The notes under the pieces were generated by a model. That model did not search any database. It saw only the letters and a program-made list of their open reading frames with translations, and was not told the DNA's origin. 48,696 nucleotides of DNA from the NCBI GenBank assembly GCA_937911345.1, contig CALDPP010000197.1, positions 1 to 48,696 of the forward strand. The letters are read 5' to 3'. Positions 28,149-37,804 of the stretch are shown here, piece by piece (the first letter of the stretch is position 1; each line of letters begins with the position of its first letter). The DNA is from an uncultured euryarchaeote (GTDB lineage Archaea > Thermoplasmatota > Poseidoniia > Poseidoniales > Poseidoniaceae). Made by a program: the position numbers and the translations under genes.

Positions 28149-30123
28149 AGTTAACAGAATACAACAACTTGATGATGAAACAATCGGCCATATTGCTGCG
28201 GGAGAGGTCGTCGAGAGGCCGGCTCAAGTCGTAAAAGAGTTGTTAGAGAATAGTCTAGATGCTGATTCTACACATGTGGAAGTTATAATCGAAAGAGGGG
28301 GTTTTGATTCAATTCTTATTATCGACAATGGATCAGGTATAAGCAGCGATGATATTCAACTATCAGTGGATAGACATGCAACCTCGAAATTATCTAATTT
28401 TAATGACCTTAATGAAATATACACTATGGGTTTTCGCGGCGAAGCATTAGCAAGTATTGGTATGGTTTCAGAGTTAACCGTCGCCAGTAAAACACGTGAT
28501 GGTGACGGTAATAGTATAACGGTAAACTTTGGGAAAAAGGGAGATGTCACATCTCATGGCATGTCATATGGCACCACGGTATCTGTTAGAGATATCTTCA
28601 AGAATACTCCAGCGAGATTATCTTTCCAAAGAAGGCCTGCCACTGAGAGCGCAAAAATTGTTGATGTTATGATATCCCACGCAATCTCAAATAACAAGGT
28701 TGGATTTAAACTGGTTTCAGATGGAAAAACCATTCTGAACATTCCTGTATCAAATTCAACATCAGACAGATTGTATGACATTCTAGGAGGACAAGCATCA
28801 CAACTAATTGAATTAAATTCTCCAAGCCAAGATTTAGATGTACCAGGTGGAGAAAGTTGGACTGGTTGGATTAGTACTCCCGACATCACCAGAGGTAAAG
28901 GAGATGAAGTATACATCTTGATCAATGATAGACCCGTTGCATCCGGACCTTTTCATCAAGCAATCAGAAGAGGCTACAAGACGAGACTAATGCAAGGCAG
29001 ACACCCTGTTGCGGTTCTCTCCCTCAAGATACCTGCTTCTGAAGTCGATGTAAATGTGCATCCAACAAAAAGAGAAGTTCGGTTAAAACATTCATGGAGA
29101 GTTTTGGAAAGGCTTGAAAGATCAATAGCATACACATTGGAAAATGTTGCTACGGAACCAGAAACAGATGGCAGTATTATTGGATTATCATCGCTTAATC
29201 CAAATGTCAAGCCAATTCAAGATTCGCTATTTGTGAATGAAAAAGAGAAAGAAAACGAAGCAGGAGATAATATTGCAAATCCCCCTCAATCATCAGTTCC
29301 TGCATGGGCTTTAGCCGCAGGAACACAATTGAACTTGACTGGAATCAAAGCTAAAGAAGCGAAGCCATTAGCAAAACTACGCCCGATTTCACGCTCTGAG
29401 ACGCCACAAGAGACCCTGCCAGGTTTACCAGAAAAACCGATTTCAGCAGCCCTTTCTAGCGCTGAAAGGGATTTACACAGGCATTCACACAATGGAATAT
29501 CTACATCACCTTTGGAAGAAGAGAAATTACGCGGAGAGGAGAATTCTCTTGGCATCATGGAACCATTAGCCCAATTCGCTGATTCTTACATTATTGTTCA
29601 ATCTAGTGAGGAATTGTTACTGATTGACCAGCATGCCCTGCATGAAAGGGTTAGATATGAAAGACTCAAACAATCAAAAAAGGAATGGGTTGCTCAAAAT
29701 TTAATCTCACCAATCGAACTAATTCTAAATCCAGTTCAAAAACAGATTGTAATTGGGTCTATAGAACAATTATCTGAGATGGGTTTCACAATATCAATAA
29801 ACGATTCATCAATTACCCTATTATCTCATCCATTATTTATCAGTGGACAAGACATTGAGAAGGTTTTCAAAGATTTATTACAAGATTTGTCTGAAGACGG
29901 AGCACCTCTCGAAACTATTGAGAAACTAATGGATCATATGGCTTTCATGAATGCATGCCGTGGTGCGGTAAAAGCAAATCAAAGATTATCAATTTCTGAA
30001 ATGCGTAGACTAATTGAAGATATGAGAAAAATACCCAACCCATGGGCTTGTGTTCATGGCAGACCTACTGCATTGAGAATAGACATAGACTCGCTTGACC
30101 ATCATTTCGGTCGTCATGGATGA
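28141..30123 (+). CDS. mutL: DNA mismatch repair endonuclease MutL
   Basis: IAAGEVVERP, KELLENSLDA, GFRGEALAS, DVNVHPTK, DQHALHERVRYE, ACR, CVHGRP. ATG 28141 overlaps the mutS stop. Confidence 0.97.
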   Translation: MIKVNRIQQLDDETIGHIAAGEVVERPAQVVKELLENSLDADSTHVEVIIERGGFDSILIIDNGSGISSDDIQLSVDRHATSKLSNFNDLNEIYTMGFRGEALASIGMVSELTVASKTRDGDGNSITVNFGKKGDVTSHGMSYGTTVSVRDIFKNTPARLSFQRRPATESAKIVDVMISHAISNNKVGFKLVSDGKTILNIPVSNSTSDRLYDILGGQASQLIELNSPSQDLDVPGGESWTGWISTPDITRGKGDEVYILINDRPVASGPFHQAIRRGYKTRLMQGRHPVAVLSLKIPASEVDVNVHPTKREVRLKHSWRVLERLERSIAYTLENVATEPETDGSIIGLSSLNPNVKPIQDSLFVNEKEKENEAGDNIANPPQSSVPAWALAAGTQLNLTGIKAKEAKPLAKLRPISRSETPQETLPGLPEKPISAALSSAERDLHRHSHNGISTSPLEEEKLRGEENSLGIMEPLAQFADSYIIVQSSEELLLIDQHALHERVRYERLKQSKKEWVAQNLISPIELILNPVQKQIVIGSIEQLSEMGFTISINDSSITLLSHPLFISGQDIEKVFKDLLQDLSEDGAPLETIEKLMDHMAFMNACRGAVKANQRLSISEMRRLIEDMRKIPNPWACVHGRPTALRIDIDSLDHHFGRHG

Positions 30124-30130
30124 TTTCGGT

Positions 30131-31447
30131 TTAAATTCCAAGACGATTTAAAAAGTCAAAATCTGCTACACTATGCAGCCCCTTACCAATTAGATCTCCA
30201 CCATATTTGGTCATCAAAATTGCTGCAGTCATGAATATCCTGTGATCATGATAACAATCCACAGGTAAAACTGGCTTAGTTAATTTTTGACCGCCTTCGA
30301 TAATTATTTTTTGACCATCAAAAATACCTTTCAAACCAAAACTATCCATCAATCCTAGAGTACTTTCAATCCTATTACTTTCCTTGTATACAGTATGTGA
30401 TATTCCAATAATTTCACCACCACCAGCTAAAGAAATTGTAACCGCTAATGGAGTAATCAAATCATTACAATCGGTCAAATCATAACTTGCATATTCTCCT
30501 TTGTTTAGAGATTTTATTGCATTGTCATCCCAACTTATTCCCAAATATTTTGCAGAATATTGTAAGATTTCATTACCAAGTGTATCATTATTTTCGGGCC
30601 AATTCGATAACTCCAAATTACAGGTATGTAATTTGCACAATAATATTGCAAAACTGGCCATAGATGAATCTCCTGGAATGGTTATTTCATCCGGTAATGA
30701 CACTTCCCACTTATTCAATCGATAACCGTAATCTGTTGCTAAAATATCTGCTCCATACCTATTACACAACTCTTTTGTTAATATATAATGGCGATTAGAT
30801 ACCGTTGGACCTAACAACTTCAAATCAACATTACATGGGAATAAAGCACTAGAAATCATCCAAGAACTGAGAGGTTGACTTGATTTACTACAATCAAGCG
30901 TAATTAGTTTGTTAGTATCACTATCTCCAAACCATGGACCTTTAATCTTCAATGGCAGATTACTATCAGTAGTTTTCTCGACAAATACATCTGCATCCAT
31001 TAGTGAATTAATCATTGATTGATTATATCTCTTTGAGAGTGATTCATCTCCAAATAAAGTTATTTCATCCCGCATTGAGGATATTAACCCCATAACAATT
31101 CTTAGTGCTGTTCCAGAATTTCCGCAATCAACACTTGAGTTTACAGATGAAAAACCATCTTTGCCAACTCCATAAATTGTCACTATCGTAACCCGTTTGT
31201 CAAATTGTTTTGTGATATTTACACCAATCGATTGAAGTGAGCGAATCATAGACTCAATATCATCGCCCAAAATACCATTCAGTCGGATTTTGCAAACCCC
31301 TTGATTAATTGCTGCTAAAGCAAGGATTCTAATCATGTGACTTTTTGATGGTGGTAAGTAATAATTTATCGAATTGAACTCAAGTTTTGGAATATGTTGC
31401 AACTCGTCAAACGATTTGCTGAGCGTCCCACTTTGATACTCAGTCAC
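30131..31447 (-). CDS. aroA: 3-phosphoshikimate 1-carboxyvinyltransferase (EPSP synthase), divergent
   Basis: PPSKSH, CGNSGTALR, SSQ, KESNRI, DHRI. Confidence 0.85.
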   Translation of the reverse strand: MTEYQSGTLSKSFDELQHIPKLEFNSINYYLPPSKSHMIRILALAAINQGVCKIRLNGILGDDIESMIRSLQSIGVNITKQFDKRVTIVTIYGVGKDGFSSVNSSVDCGNSGTALRIVMGLISSMRDEITLFGDESLSKRYNQSMINSLMDADVFVEKTTDSNLPLKIKGPWFGDSDTNKLITLDCSKSSQPLSSWMISSALFPCNVDLKLLGPTVSNRHYILTKELCNRYGADILATDYGYRLNKWEVSLPDEITIPGDSSMASFAILLCKLHTCNLELSNWPENNDTLGNEILQYSAKYLGISWDDNAIKSLNKGEYASYDLTDCNDLITPLAVTISLAGGGEIIGISHTVYKESNRIESTLGLMDSFGLKGIFDGQKIIIEGGQKLTKPVLPVDCYHDHRIFMTAAILMTKYGGDLIGKGLHSVADFDFLNRLGI

Positions 31448-31520
31448 ATGTGCCCCAGCAACTCATTTATCATCAATGCTTGTAAAACAGTTGAATAACC
31501 TCAAACACTTAGTTCAAGAT

Positions 31521-32522
31521 ATGACGGAGGACTCCCTTGGTAGACCTCTCAAAGATTTACGCATTTCTATAACCGATCGCTGTAACTTTCGCTGTAATTA
31601 CTGTATGCCTCCAGATCAATTCTCAAATAACCATGAATTCCTGCCGCGCAGCGAAATATTGAGTTTTGAAGACATAACACTAATTGTCAAATCAATGTTA
31701 AGTCTAGGATTAAAAAAAGTAAGAATAACTGGTGGTGAACCATTACTTAGAAAAGACATCTGTACGCTTATATCCATGATTAGAGAATGTGATTCTGATC
31801 TCGATATTGCCTTAACTACAAATGGCAGTTTACTCAGTAAATTTGCTGATGATTTAGCAAAATCAGGATTAGATAGAGTTACCGTAAGTATTGATGCAAT
31901 TGATGACAAGATGGTTAGGGAGATTTCAAACTCAAACGTATCCTCACAAGAGATTGTCGATGGAATTATCGCTGCTAAAAATTCCGGGTTGAAAGTAAAA
32001 GTCAATACAGTTGTGATCAAGGATTTTAATGAAAACCAAATCATCCCGCTGGTGGAATTATTCTATAGAATGAGAGTTACTGTTAGGTTTATTGAATATA
32101 TGGATGTTGGCGGGACAAGAGACTGGAACCCTAATCAGGTTGTTTTTGGTGAAGAAATGAGACGCATTATTGAGCGAGGAATTGGAACGCTTAGTCCGGT
32201 AAAAGATTCTCAATATGGAGAGGTAGCAAACCGTTGGTGTTTAGAAGATGGTTATCAAATTGGCTTTATTGAATCAATCTCAAAACCGTTTTGTAACTCA
32301 TGTACAAGAGCACGGATTTCTGCAAATGGTAGTATCTATACATGCCTGTTCTCAGAACACGGACACGACTTGAAATCACTGATAAAAATGGGCGCTGAAT
32401 CAAAGGATTTGACTGATGCAATTGCAGCAGTATGGGGCAAAAGAGAAGATAGGTACTCGGAAATTCGACAAACTATAACCTCTAAATCAAAGCCTGTGCA
32501 AATGCACTTTATTGGTGGTTAA
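31521..32522 (+). CDS. moaA: GTP 3',8-cyclase (molybdenum cofactor biosynthesis, radical SAM)
   Basis: LRISITDRCNFRCNYCMP, TGGEPLLR, FCNSCTRAR...C, C-terminal MHFIGG. Confidence 0.95.
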   Translation: MTEDSLGRPLKDLRISITDRCNFRCNYCMPPDQFSNNHEFLPRSEILSFEDITLIVKSMLSLGLKKVRITGGEPLLRKDICTLISMIRECDSDLDIALTTNGSLLSKFADDLAKSGLDRVTVSIDAIDDKMVREISNSNVSSQEIVDGIIAAKNSGLKVKVNTVVIKDFNENQIIPLVELFYRMRVTVRFIEYMDVGGTRDWNPNQVVFGEEMRRIIERGIGTLSPVKDSQYGEVANRWCLEDGYQIGFIESISKPFCNSCTRARISANGSIYTCLFSEHGHDLKSLIKMGAESKDLTDAIAAVWGKREDRYSEIRQTITSKSKPVQMHFIGG

Positions 32523-33013
32523 TCCTCAATTAGAATTAGTTTTACGTCAAACAACAAACGGTTTGAACTTTGATCGATAAGTTTCATGCTCCAGGTGCCA
32601 TCCTTTGAGCCAATGGTTTCTGAATCAATTACGAAGTAATCTCCTTGGGTTACTGAATAACCAGCATCCCTATCGTGGAATGAAACATTGGAACCAACTA
32701 CTCCATAGACATCTGGGTCATCAACAAATCCACTATGTTCCCTAGAATTCAAATCATTTTCATTGTATATTTGGTATTCTAATCGAGCTGGATCTAAAGA
32801 TTGGTCTAGGTTGGTAATTCTCACAACATGAAATCCATTATCTAACCCTTTAACGCTAACTGAAACCTCTGGCTCTGCTTTTTCTACAGAGTTAATAGCA
32901 CCCTGCATCATAACGAAAACCATACTTGAAAGCATTACAGTAATTGCTAGTAGCAGAACTGTGGCAATAACCGGACTGACCGCTTCACAATCTCGGGTGC
33001 GGTAATTGTCCAT
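32519..33013 (-). CDS. Archaeal type IV pilin (class III signal peptide)
   Basis: EA/VSPVIATVLLLAITV N-terminal motif. Confidence 0.85.
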   Translation of the reverse strand: MDNYRTRDCEAVSPVIATVLLLAITVMLSSMVFVMMQGAINSVEKAEPEVSVSVKGLDNGFHVVRITNLDQSLDPARLEYQIYNENDLNSREHSGFVDDPDVYGVVGSNVSFHDRDAGYSVTQGDYFVIDSETIGSKDGTWSMKLIDQSSNRLLFDVKLILIED

Positions 33014-33093
33014 GCATTAGCCTGTACATCATCTAACTTGAATCAACCGGCTATTTCAGTAGATAATTTGGCAATTGTTGTCGAATTATCGAT

Positions 33094-34071
33094 TTACAAC
33101 TTACGAGTTGTGGCATATTCAGCAACATTTTCAAGCAACAATTTCGCATTGCAATCTGGAAAGATGCTGAGATGATTAATCGCTCTTTCGAAATGATTGT
33201 TGATTAATATCTTAGTGTAATTAAAGCTATCAGATTTTTCTAGCAGTCCAATTAATTCATCAAATAGTTCATCACTAAAATTATTGATTATTTCTGCTAA
33301 CCTCTCCCTATTTTTCCCATGAGACAAAGTTAACGAGTGGATAAGTGGTAAGGTCATCTTGCCTTCATGAACATCTGTACCACGTGGTTTACCAATTTGG
33401 TCATCACCGAGTAAGTCAAGTAAATCATCAACTAATTGGTAAGCTATACCTATCTCGTTACCAAATTCTTCGAGAGCCTCTAGTTGTTCTTGATTTGCTC
33501 CTGCTACAATACCTGCGCTTCGACAGCCTGAAGCAAAAGGACCGGCAGTTTTTCCTTTCACGATGCTAATATAATCCTCTGGAGACGTTTTCAAATTCTG
33601 AATGTGATCTATTTGAGAGAATTCCGAAACCGCGATACTAGAACAACAGTTTGCAATATTAGTCACAATGTCTTGATTATACTGGCCCCCCAAGGCGTAG
33701 CCTTGGACAAATAACCAATCGCCAGCGATTATCGCTTTTGATAAACCAGATGTTTCGTGAATCGTTGGTATTCCTCGCCTGTGAGTTGCCCCGTCGTTGA
33801 TATCATCATGAACCAAAGTTGCAGTGTGAAGGAATTCAAAGGCCATGGCTAATGGCATGATTTTTGATAACTCTTGACCACCAGCGATTTCGTATGATAA
33901 ACACATCATTATTGGCCTTAGACGTTTACCTCCAGCCAAGAGTACCCTCCCGGATAATTCGACTACTTCTCCAGAATCTATTCTAGAAGCAATCATCTCT
34001 TCTAAGGCAATATCGATCTGTTGACGTAGAGATTCTAGACCATGTTCGACAGCCGGCTTAATCTGCGCCAT
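33094..34071 (-). CDS. Trans-polyprenyl diphosphate synthase
   Basis: GGKRLRP, HTATLVHDDIND..RRG, KTA, YQLVDDLLD, GKMTLP. ATG 34071 chosen as start. Confidence 0.92.
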   Translation of the reverse strand: MAQIKPAVEHGLESLRQQIDIALEEMIASRIDSGEVVELSGRVLLAGGKRLRPIMMCLSYEIAGGQELSKIMPLAMAFEFLHTATLVHDDINDGATHRRGIPTIHETSGLSKAIIAGDWLFVQGYALGGQYNQDIVTNIANCCSSIAVSEFSQIDHIQNLKTSPEDYISIVKGKTAGPFASGCRSAGIVAGANQEQLEALEEFGNEIGIAYQLVDDLLDLLGDDQIGKPRGTDVHEGKMTLPLIHSLTLSHGKNRERLAEIINNFSDELFDELIGLLEKSDSFNYTKILINNHFERAINHLSIFPDCNAKLLLENVAEYATTRKL

Positions 34072-34154
34072 GAACCATCCACCTAGGGTGCCCTTCTTAA
34101 CCAATGGTCTACGCCCACAAATTGTTCGGAGCAATCTGAGCCGAGGTGTTGGAG

Positions 34155-35309
34155 ATGGAAGAAAAGCCTAGATTAGAGGTTTTAACTACTCCATCAAACT
34201 ATGATGGTGTTAGGCTTCAGGTCGAAAATTTGATTGTGAAAAATCGTGACTCATTTAATTTCAAAATGACTGAATTACCCCACATGGAGGTAGCAATTGA
34301 GAGTCTTAAATCTGGTACTGCTGATATGTTAGCAATGAGCATTGAACAGTGGAAATCTTTGGATGTTGAAGGCCTCAAAATTTCTGCCTTTTTACCAAGA
34401 AGAGAGCCAACTTGGGTCCTTGTTGGCGATGATAAACCGGAGTATTTACCACTGAATGCGACGGTTATATGTCCAAAAAAATTGATCAAGAGACAATTGA
34501 TAAGAATGAGACCGGATCTCTTGGTATATGACTTGAGAGAGTTTCTCGAGTTAGAAAAATTATCCTTGGATAGTGAAGTTGTTGATGATGGAGGAGGGCT
34601 TGAACTCCTGGAAAAATTGCGAAACGATGGCTTGATTGACGGATATGTGATATCACGCGGCCAATTTAGTCAGATTAAGTCTAGAGTCAGGCGTCACACA
34701 TTAGGAATGCAAAGAGAGAAACCCTCTCAAGAATTTGAACGTTCAACATTTATTTCTCCTCCTTTGGAGGGATTTACCGTCCTTGTATCTAGAGAAGGAT
34801 TTCCGATTTCAGTGGTTAAAAATCTCAATGATACTGCTGCAGAGACTTGCTATACTGTTGAAAACGCAATCTTTGAATCTCTGTCGGATGAGTTGAAGGA
34901 GATTTGTGGGATTTTTGTAGAACAAAAGAAATTATCGACTATCTTGAAACAATATGTCAAACTAATTGATGATTCATACGCTTTGAAAATTGGCGAGAAT
35001 TATTTGATTCCAAGTAAGAAAAAAACTAGAGATTTAAGAACTAAATGGAATCCATCAAGAAACATAATCCAAGGACCTAGAATCTGTATTTACTTTGAAT
35101 TACTCAGTAAAAACAGCAATGTATCCCTAGAATTAGTCCGAATTGAACCAATTTTGGAAAACCGATATGATAGGGGTAAAAATGTCCTAATTCAAGAAAT
35201 AAAGTTCCTAGTTGAATTATTACAACAAGATCATGATGAGTTGAAGAGGTTAATCAATGGATTGCCTGAAGAATATCGACTAGCAAGGTCCGGCCTACTG
35301 GAATTGTAG
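34155..35309 (+). CDS. Divergent porphobilinogen deaminase (HemC)-like protein, probably inactive
   Basis: LKSGTADMLAMS...EGLKISAFLPRREP, KRQLIRMRPDL and LEKL...DGYVIS resemble HemC segments; catalytic residues not found. Confidence 0.6.
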   Translation: MEEKPRLEVLTTPSNYDGVRLQVENLIVKNRDSFNFKMTELPHMEVAIESLKSGTADMLAMSIEQWKSLDVEGLKISAFLPRREPTWVLVGDDKPEYLPLNATVICPKKLIKRQLIRMRPDLLVYDLREFLELEKLSLDSEVVDDGGGLELLEKLRNDGLIDGYVISRGQFSQIKSRVRRHTLGMQREKPSQEFERSTFISPPLEGFTVLVSREGFPISVVKNLNDTAAETCYTVENAIFESLSDELKEICGIFVEQKKLSTILKQYVKLIDDSYALKIGENYLIPSKKKTRDLRTKWNPSRNIIQGPRICIYFELLSKNSNVSLELVRIEPILENRYDRGKNVLIQEIKFLVELLQQDHDELKRLINGLPEEYRLARSGLLEL

Positions 35310-35310
35310 G

Positions 35311-35883
35311 TCACTCGGATTCTGCATTGGACTTATTTTCGACTAGTTTGTCGAATCCTTGATTTGAGATGTATGTTTCTAAATCGATTAATTCTGAAGG
35401 GGTTTGGTCATCACACAAATCGGTTATTGATTGGTCAATATCTCTAGCAATCCTTTCCCAAGTACCAGCAAACCTTTGCAAATCGGAAGCAAATCTTTCG
35501 ATTGCTTCAACAGCTGACATGTTTGGATGTAAGACCAATGAGATGTCATTAGAAATTCTTTCATTTGCTTTTTTCAAACGATTGATATCACCAAACAAAT
35601 CTACCATTGTCAGACGCAATTCATCTAGGTTGTTTGTCTTGGAGAATCTTCTCTGGGCCTTTTCGACTGATTTCTTCATGCTTCCAATTCCCGCAACCAT
35701 CGCTTCTCTAGCCTTGGAGGATTCTAAAATCGCAGTTTCTGCCTCAGAAATCCGTTGATTTAATGCTTCTTCTAAGCCACTAAGATTTTTCTTGAAATCA
35801 TTCTTGACTGTCTCTGACAGAGATTCTACTAACATATTCGTTTCTTTTAAGGCACTTTTTGCAGATTTGTAACTCCTACTCAT
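35311..35883 (-). CDS. Hypothetical coiled-coil protein
   Basis: Heptad-rich helical sequence; ATG 35883 preferred. Confidence 0.7.
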   Translation of the reverse strand: MSRSYKSAKSALKETNMLVESLSETVKNDFKKNLSGLEEALNQRISEAETAILESSKAREAMVAGIGSMKKSVEKAQRRFSKTNNLDELRLTMVDLFGDINRLKKANERISNDISLVLHPNMSAVEAIERFASDLQRFAGTWERIARDIDQSITDLCDDQTPSELIDLETYISNQGFDKLVENKSNAESE

Positions 35884-36039
35884 AGCGCTCACCAATGTGC
35901 CTCTGTGCAAGGTTAAATGTCAAGTATACAATACCTTTGCGGAAGTAAAAAAACACCTCAAAAACCAAAAGAAAACTTGCTCATGATAGCGAAACCACAT
36001 ATACTGCTTTGTACGCATATCGAACAAGGTGGTAAGATT

Positions 36040-37803
36040 ATGGACAAGGTAGACCTTCTTTGCGAGTTATACCAAGCCAAATTTGATCGCTTGAAAGAAA
36101 TGGCATCTGTCAGCGATTTACCGAAGAATGGCCCAGTTGAAGTTGTTAGAGCAAGGCTGATAAAAAATCTAGTCTTATCTGAATGGGATTTATCAAAAGA
36201 AAGTATAAAATCAATAAAAAATAAACAACTCGGAGAGATTTTGGGTGTGTTTGGCCTAAAGAAGTCTGGTTCAATAAGAGAACGCCGACAGAGGTTATAC
36301 TTGCACTTATACCAAGATCCAAAACAATTAACTGCAGAAAATCTTGACAAAATGAATAAACAAGAAATACATTCTCTTTGTAAAACTCTCGAACTACCAC
36401 TGACTGGTGACAAACAAACTCTGCTCGTTAGAGTGGCTGGTGTCTTAGCTTCACAACAGGGTTCATGGGGGAAAGTGAAAAAATCTCTAAAGCGGAAAAA
36501 TGACAATGCTAAATCAAAAATCATAATTCCAAATCCTTCAGATGATGAAGATTACAATTCAACTGACATTCATGATTCAGTTGAAAAATTCATCGAAGAT
36601 CACCCGGAAGGTTGGAGTTTCGAGGATGAGTCTGAATTAAGAAATAATCTAGCTGAAGAGGGACTTGATATTTCTAGAGTCGAGGTCTCCAATACCATAG
36701 ATGATGCTTTGAAAAATGTTCACGCTAATCACGAAACTCCTGCTCCTATCCCGCAAATGAACCAAACTGCTCCAAGCATTGTAGGAGAAGATGATATCGA
36801 CACATTAGAAAAAGAGGCTGCAATCATTGAAGTTGAGTCTAGATTAGCAGAAATAGAGGCTGCTGCACGTGATTTCTTAACTGTAAGTTCATCAGCAAAC
36901 AGTGAGGACCTTGAGTTGTTTATATCTAGTTTAGGCAATCATGGATTGCCTGTTGATGTAAAGTCAGTACGTTCTTACTTGGCAGACTTAGTGATGAAAA
37001 TTGAGTTCAAAATAGAATCAGAAAATAATGCAATAAATAGCATGCCAAATTCATGGTCCGAACGTGAAGCAGTAAGACAATTTGAAAATTCTAGGAGTTC
37101 TTTAAGAGACCAATTATCTAACACAATTGATTTGCATAACGGTGACTTAGTCAAAGCTAGAATGGCTTTCGAAGAAATTGCCAAGTCAATGGGTCTTGAT
37201 TTAAGGATACCAAGTATTTCGGGAAGATTACATGCTTTATTCGACCTGCATATAGATTTGTCAGAGGCAGAAGGTTTGCAAGACCCAAATATCGCTAGAA
37301 GAAATCGTGTCTTGAAAATATTACATCATGGTTCAGTTCATGTAACACCGGAAGAAAGGCGAGTTATTGCTAGACTTGAGAGAAATATTGTTGCATTTGA
37401 ACAACTAGTTGAAACAGTTATGGAATCATCCGAGGGAACATTCACAGAATCACAACAAGCACTAATAATTAGGTTCCTTGAATCTAGAGGTTATGATGTT
37501 AACACTCCGGATTTAAGGCCGAAAGTTCTTGCTGCATCCGGAATAATTGGTGCTGAGTTAGGATATTTGTCACCATCAGAGATCCCAAAAATTGCACCAG
37601 GTGTTGTGGTATCGGATAGTGAAGTGGATTCAATAATTACTGAACTTAAATCACTTGCTAGCAGTTTCAAGCCAAAAAGTGATGACAAAACTGAGGATGT
37701 TATAGCTGCAGATGAAAATCTAAATGATGCAGGAGAAAGAGTAAAATCTGCTAGAGAAAAGATCAACCATATCGATGATATCTTAGCACGCCTAAGAGGC
37801 TAA
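36040..37803 (+). CDS. SAP (HeH) repeat-containing protein with acidic helical C-terminus
   Basis: Three SAP-like units: LKEMASVSDLPKNG..RL, LGEILGVFGLKKSG..RL, IHSLCKTLELPLTGDKQTLLVRV. Confidence 0.7.
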   Translation: MDKVDLLCELYQAKFDRLKEMASVSDLPKNGPVEVVRARLIKNLVLSEWDLSKESIKSIKNKQLGEILGVFGLKKSGSIRERRQRLYLHLYQDPKQLTAENLDKMNKQEIHSLCKTLELPLTGDKQTLLVRVAGVLASQQGSWGKVKKSLKRKNDNAKSKIIIPNPSDDEDYNSTDIHDSVEKFIEDHPEGWSFEDESELRNNLAEEGLDISRVEVSNTIDDALKNVHANHETPAPIPQMNQTAPSIVGEDDIDTLEKEAAIIEVESRLAEIEAAARDFLTVSSSANSEDLELFISSLGNHGLPVDVKSVRSYLADLVMKIEFKIESENNAINSMPNSWSEREAVRQFENSRSSLRDQLSNTIDLHNGDLVKARMAFEEIAKSMGLDLRIPSISGRLHALFDLHIDLSEAEGLQDPNIARRNRVLKILHHGSVHVTPEERRVIARLERNIVAFEQLVETVMESSEGTFTESQQALIIRFLESRGYDVNTPDLRPKVLAASGIIGAELGYLSPSEIPKIAPGVVVSDSEVDSIITELKSLASSFKPKSDDKTEDVIAADENLNDAGERVKSAREKINHIDDILARLRG

Positions 37804-37804
37804 G

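Noticed and set aside
35958-36524. 188-aa minus-strand ORF and the other short antisense ORFs in the track
   Set aside because: They lie opposite better-supported genes and show no recognisable motifs.
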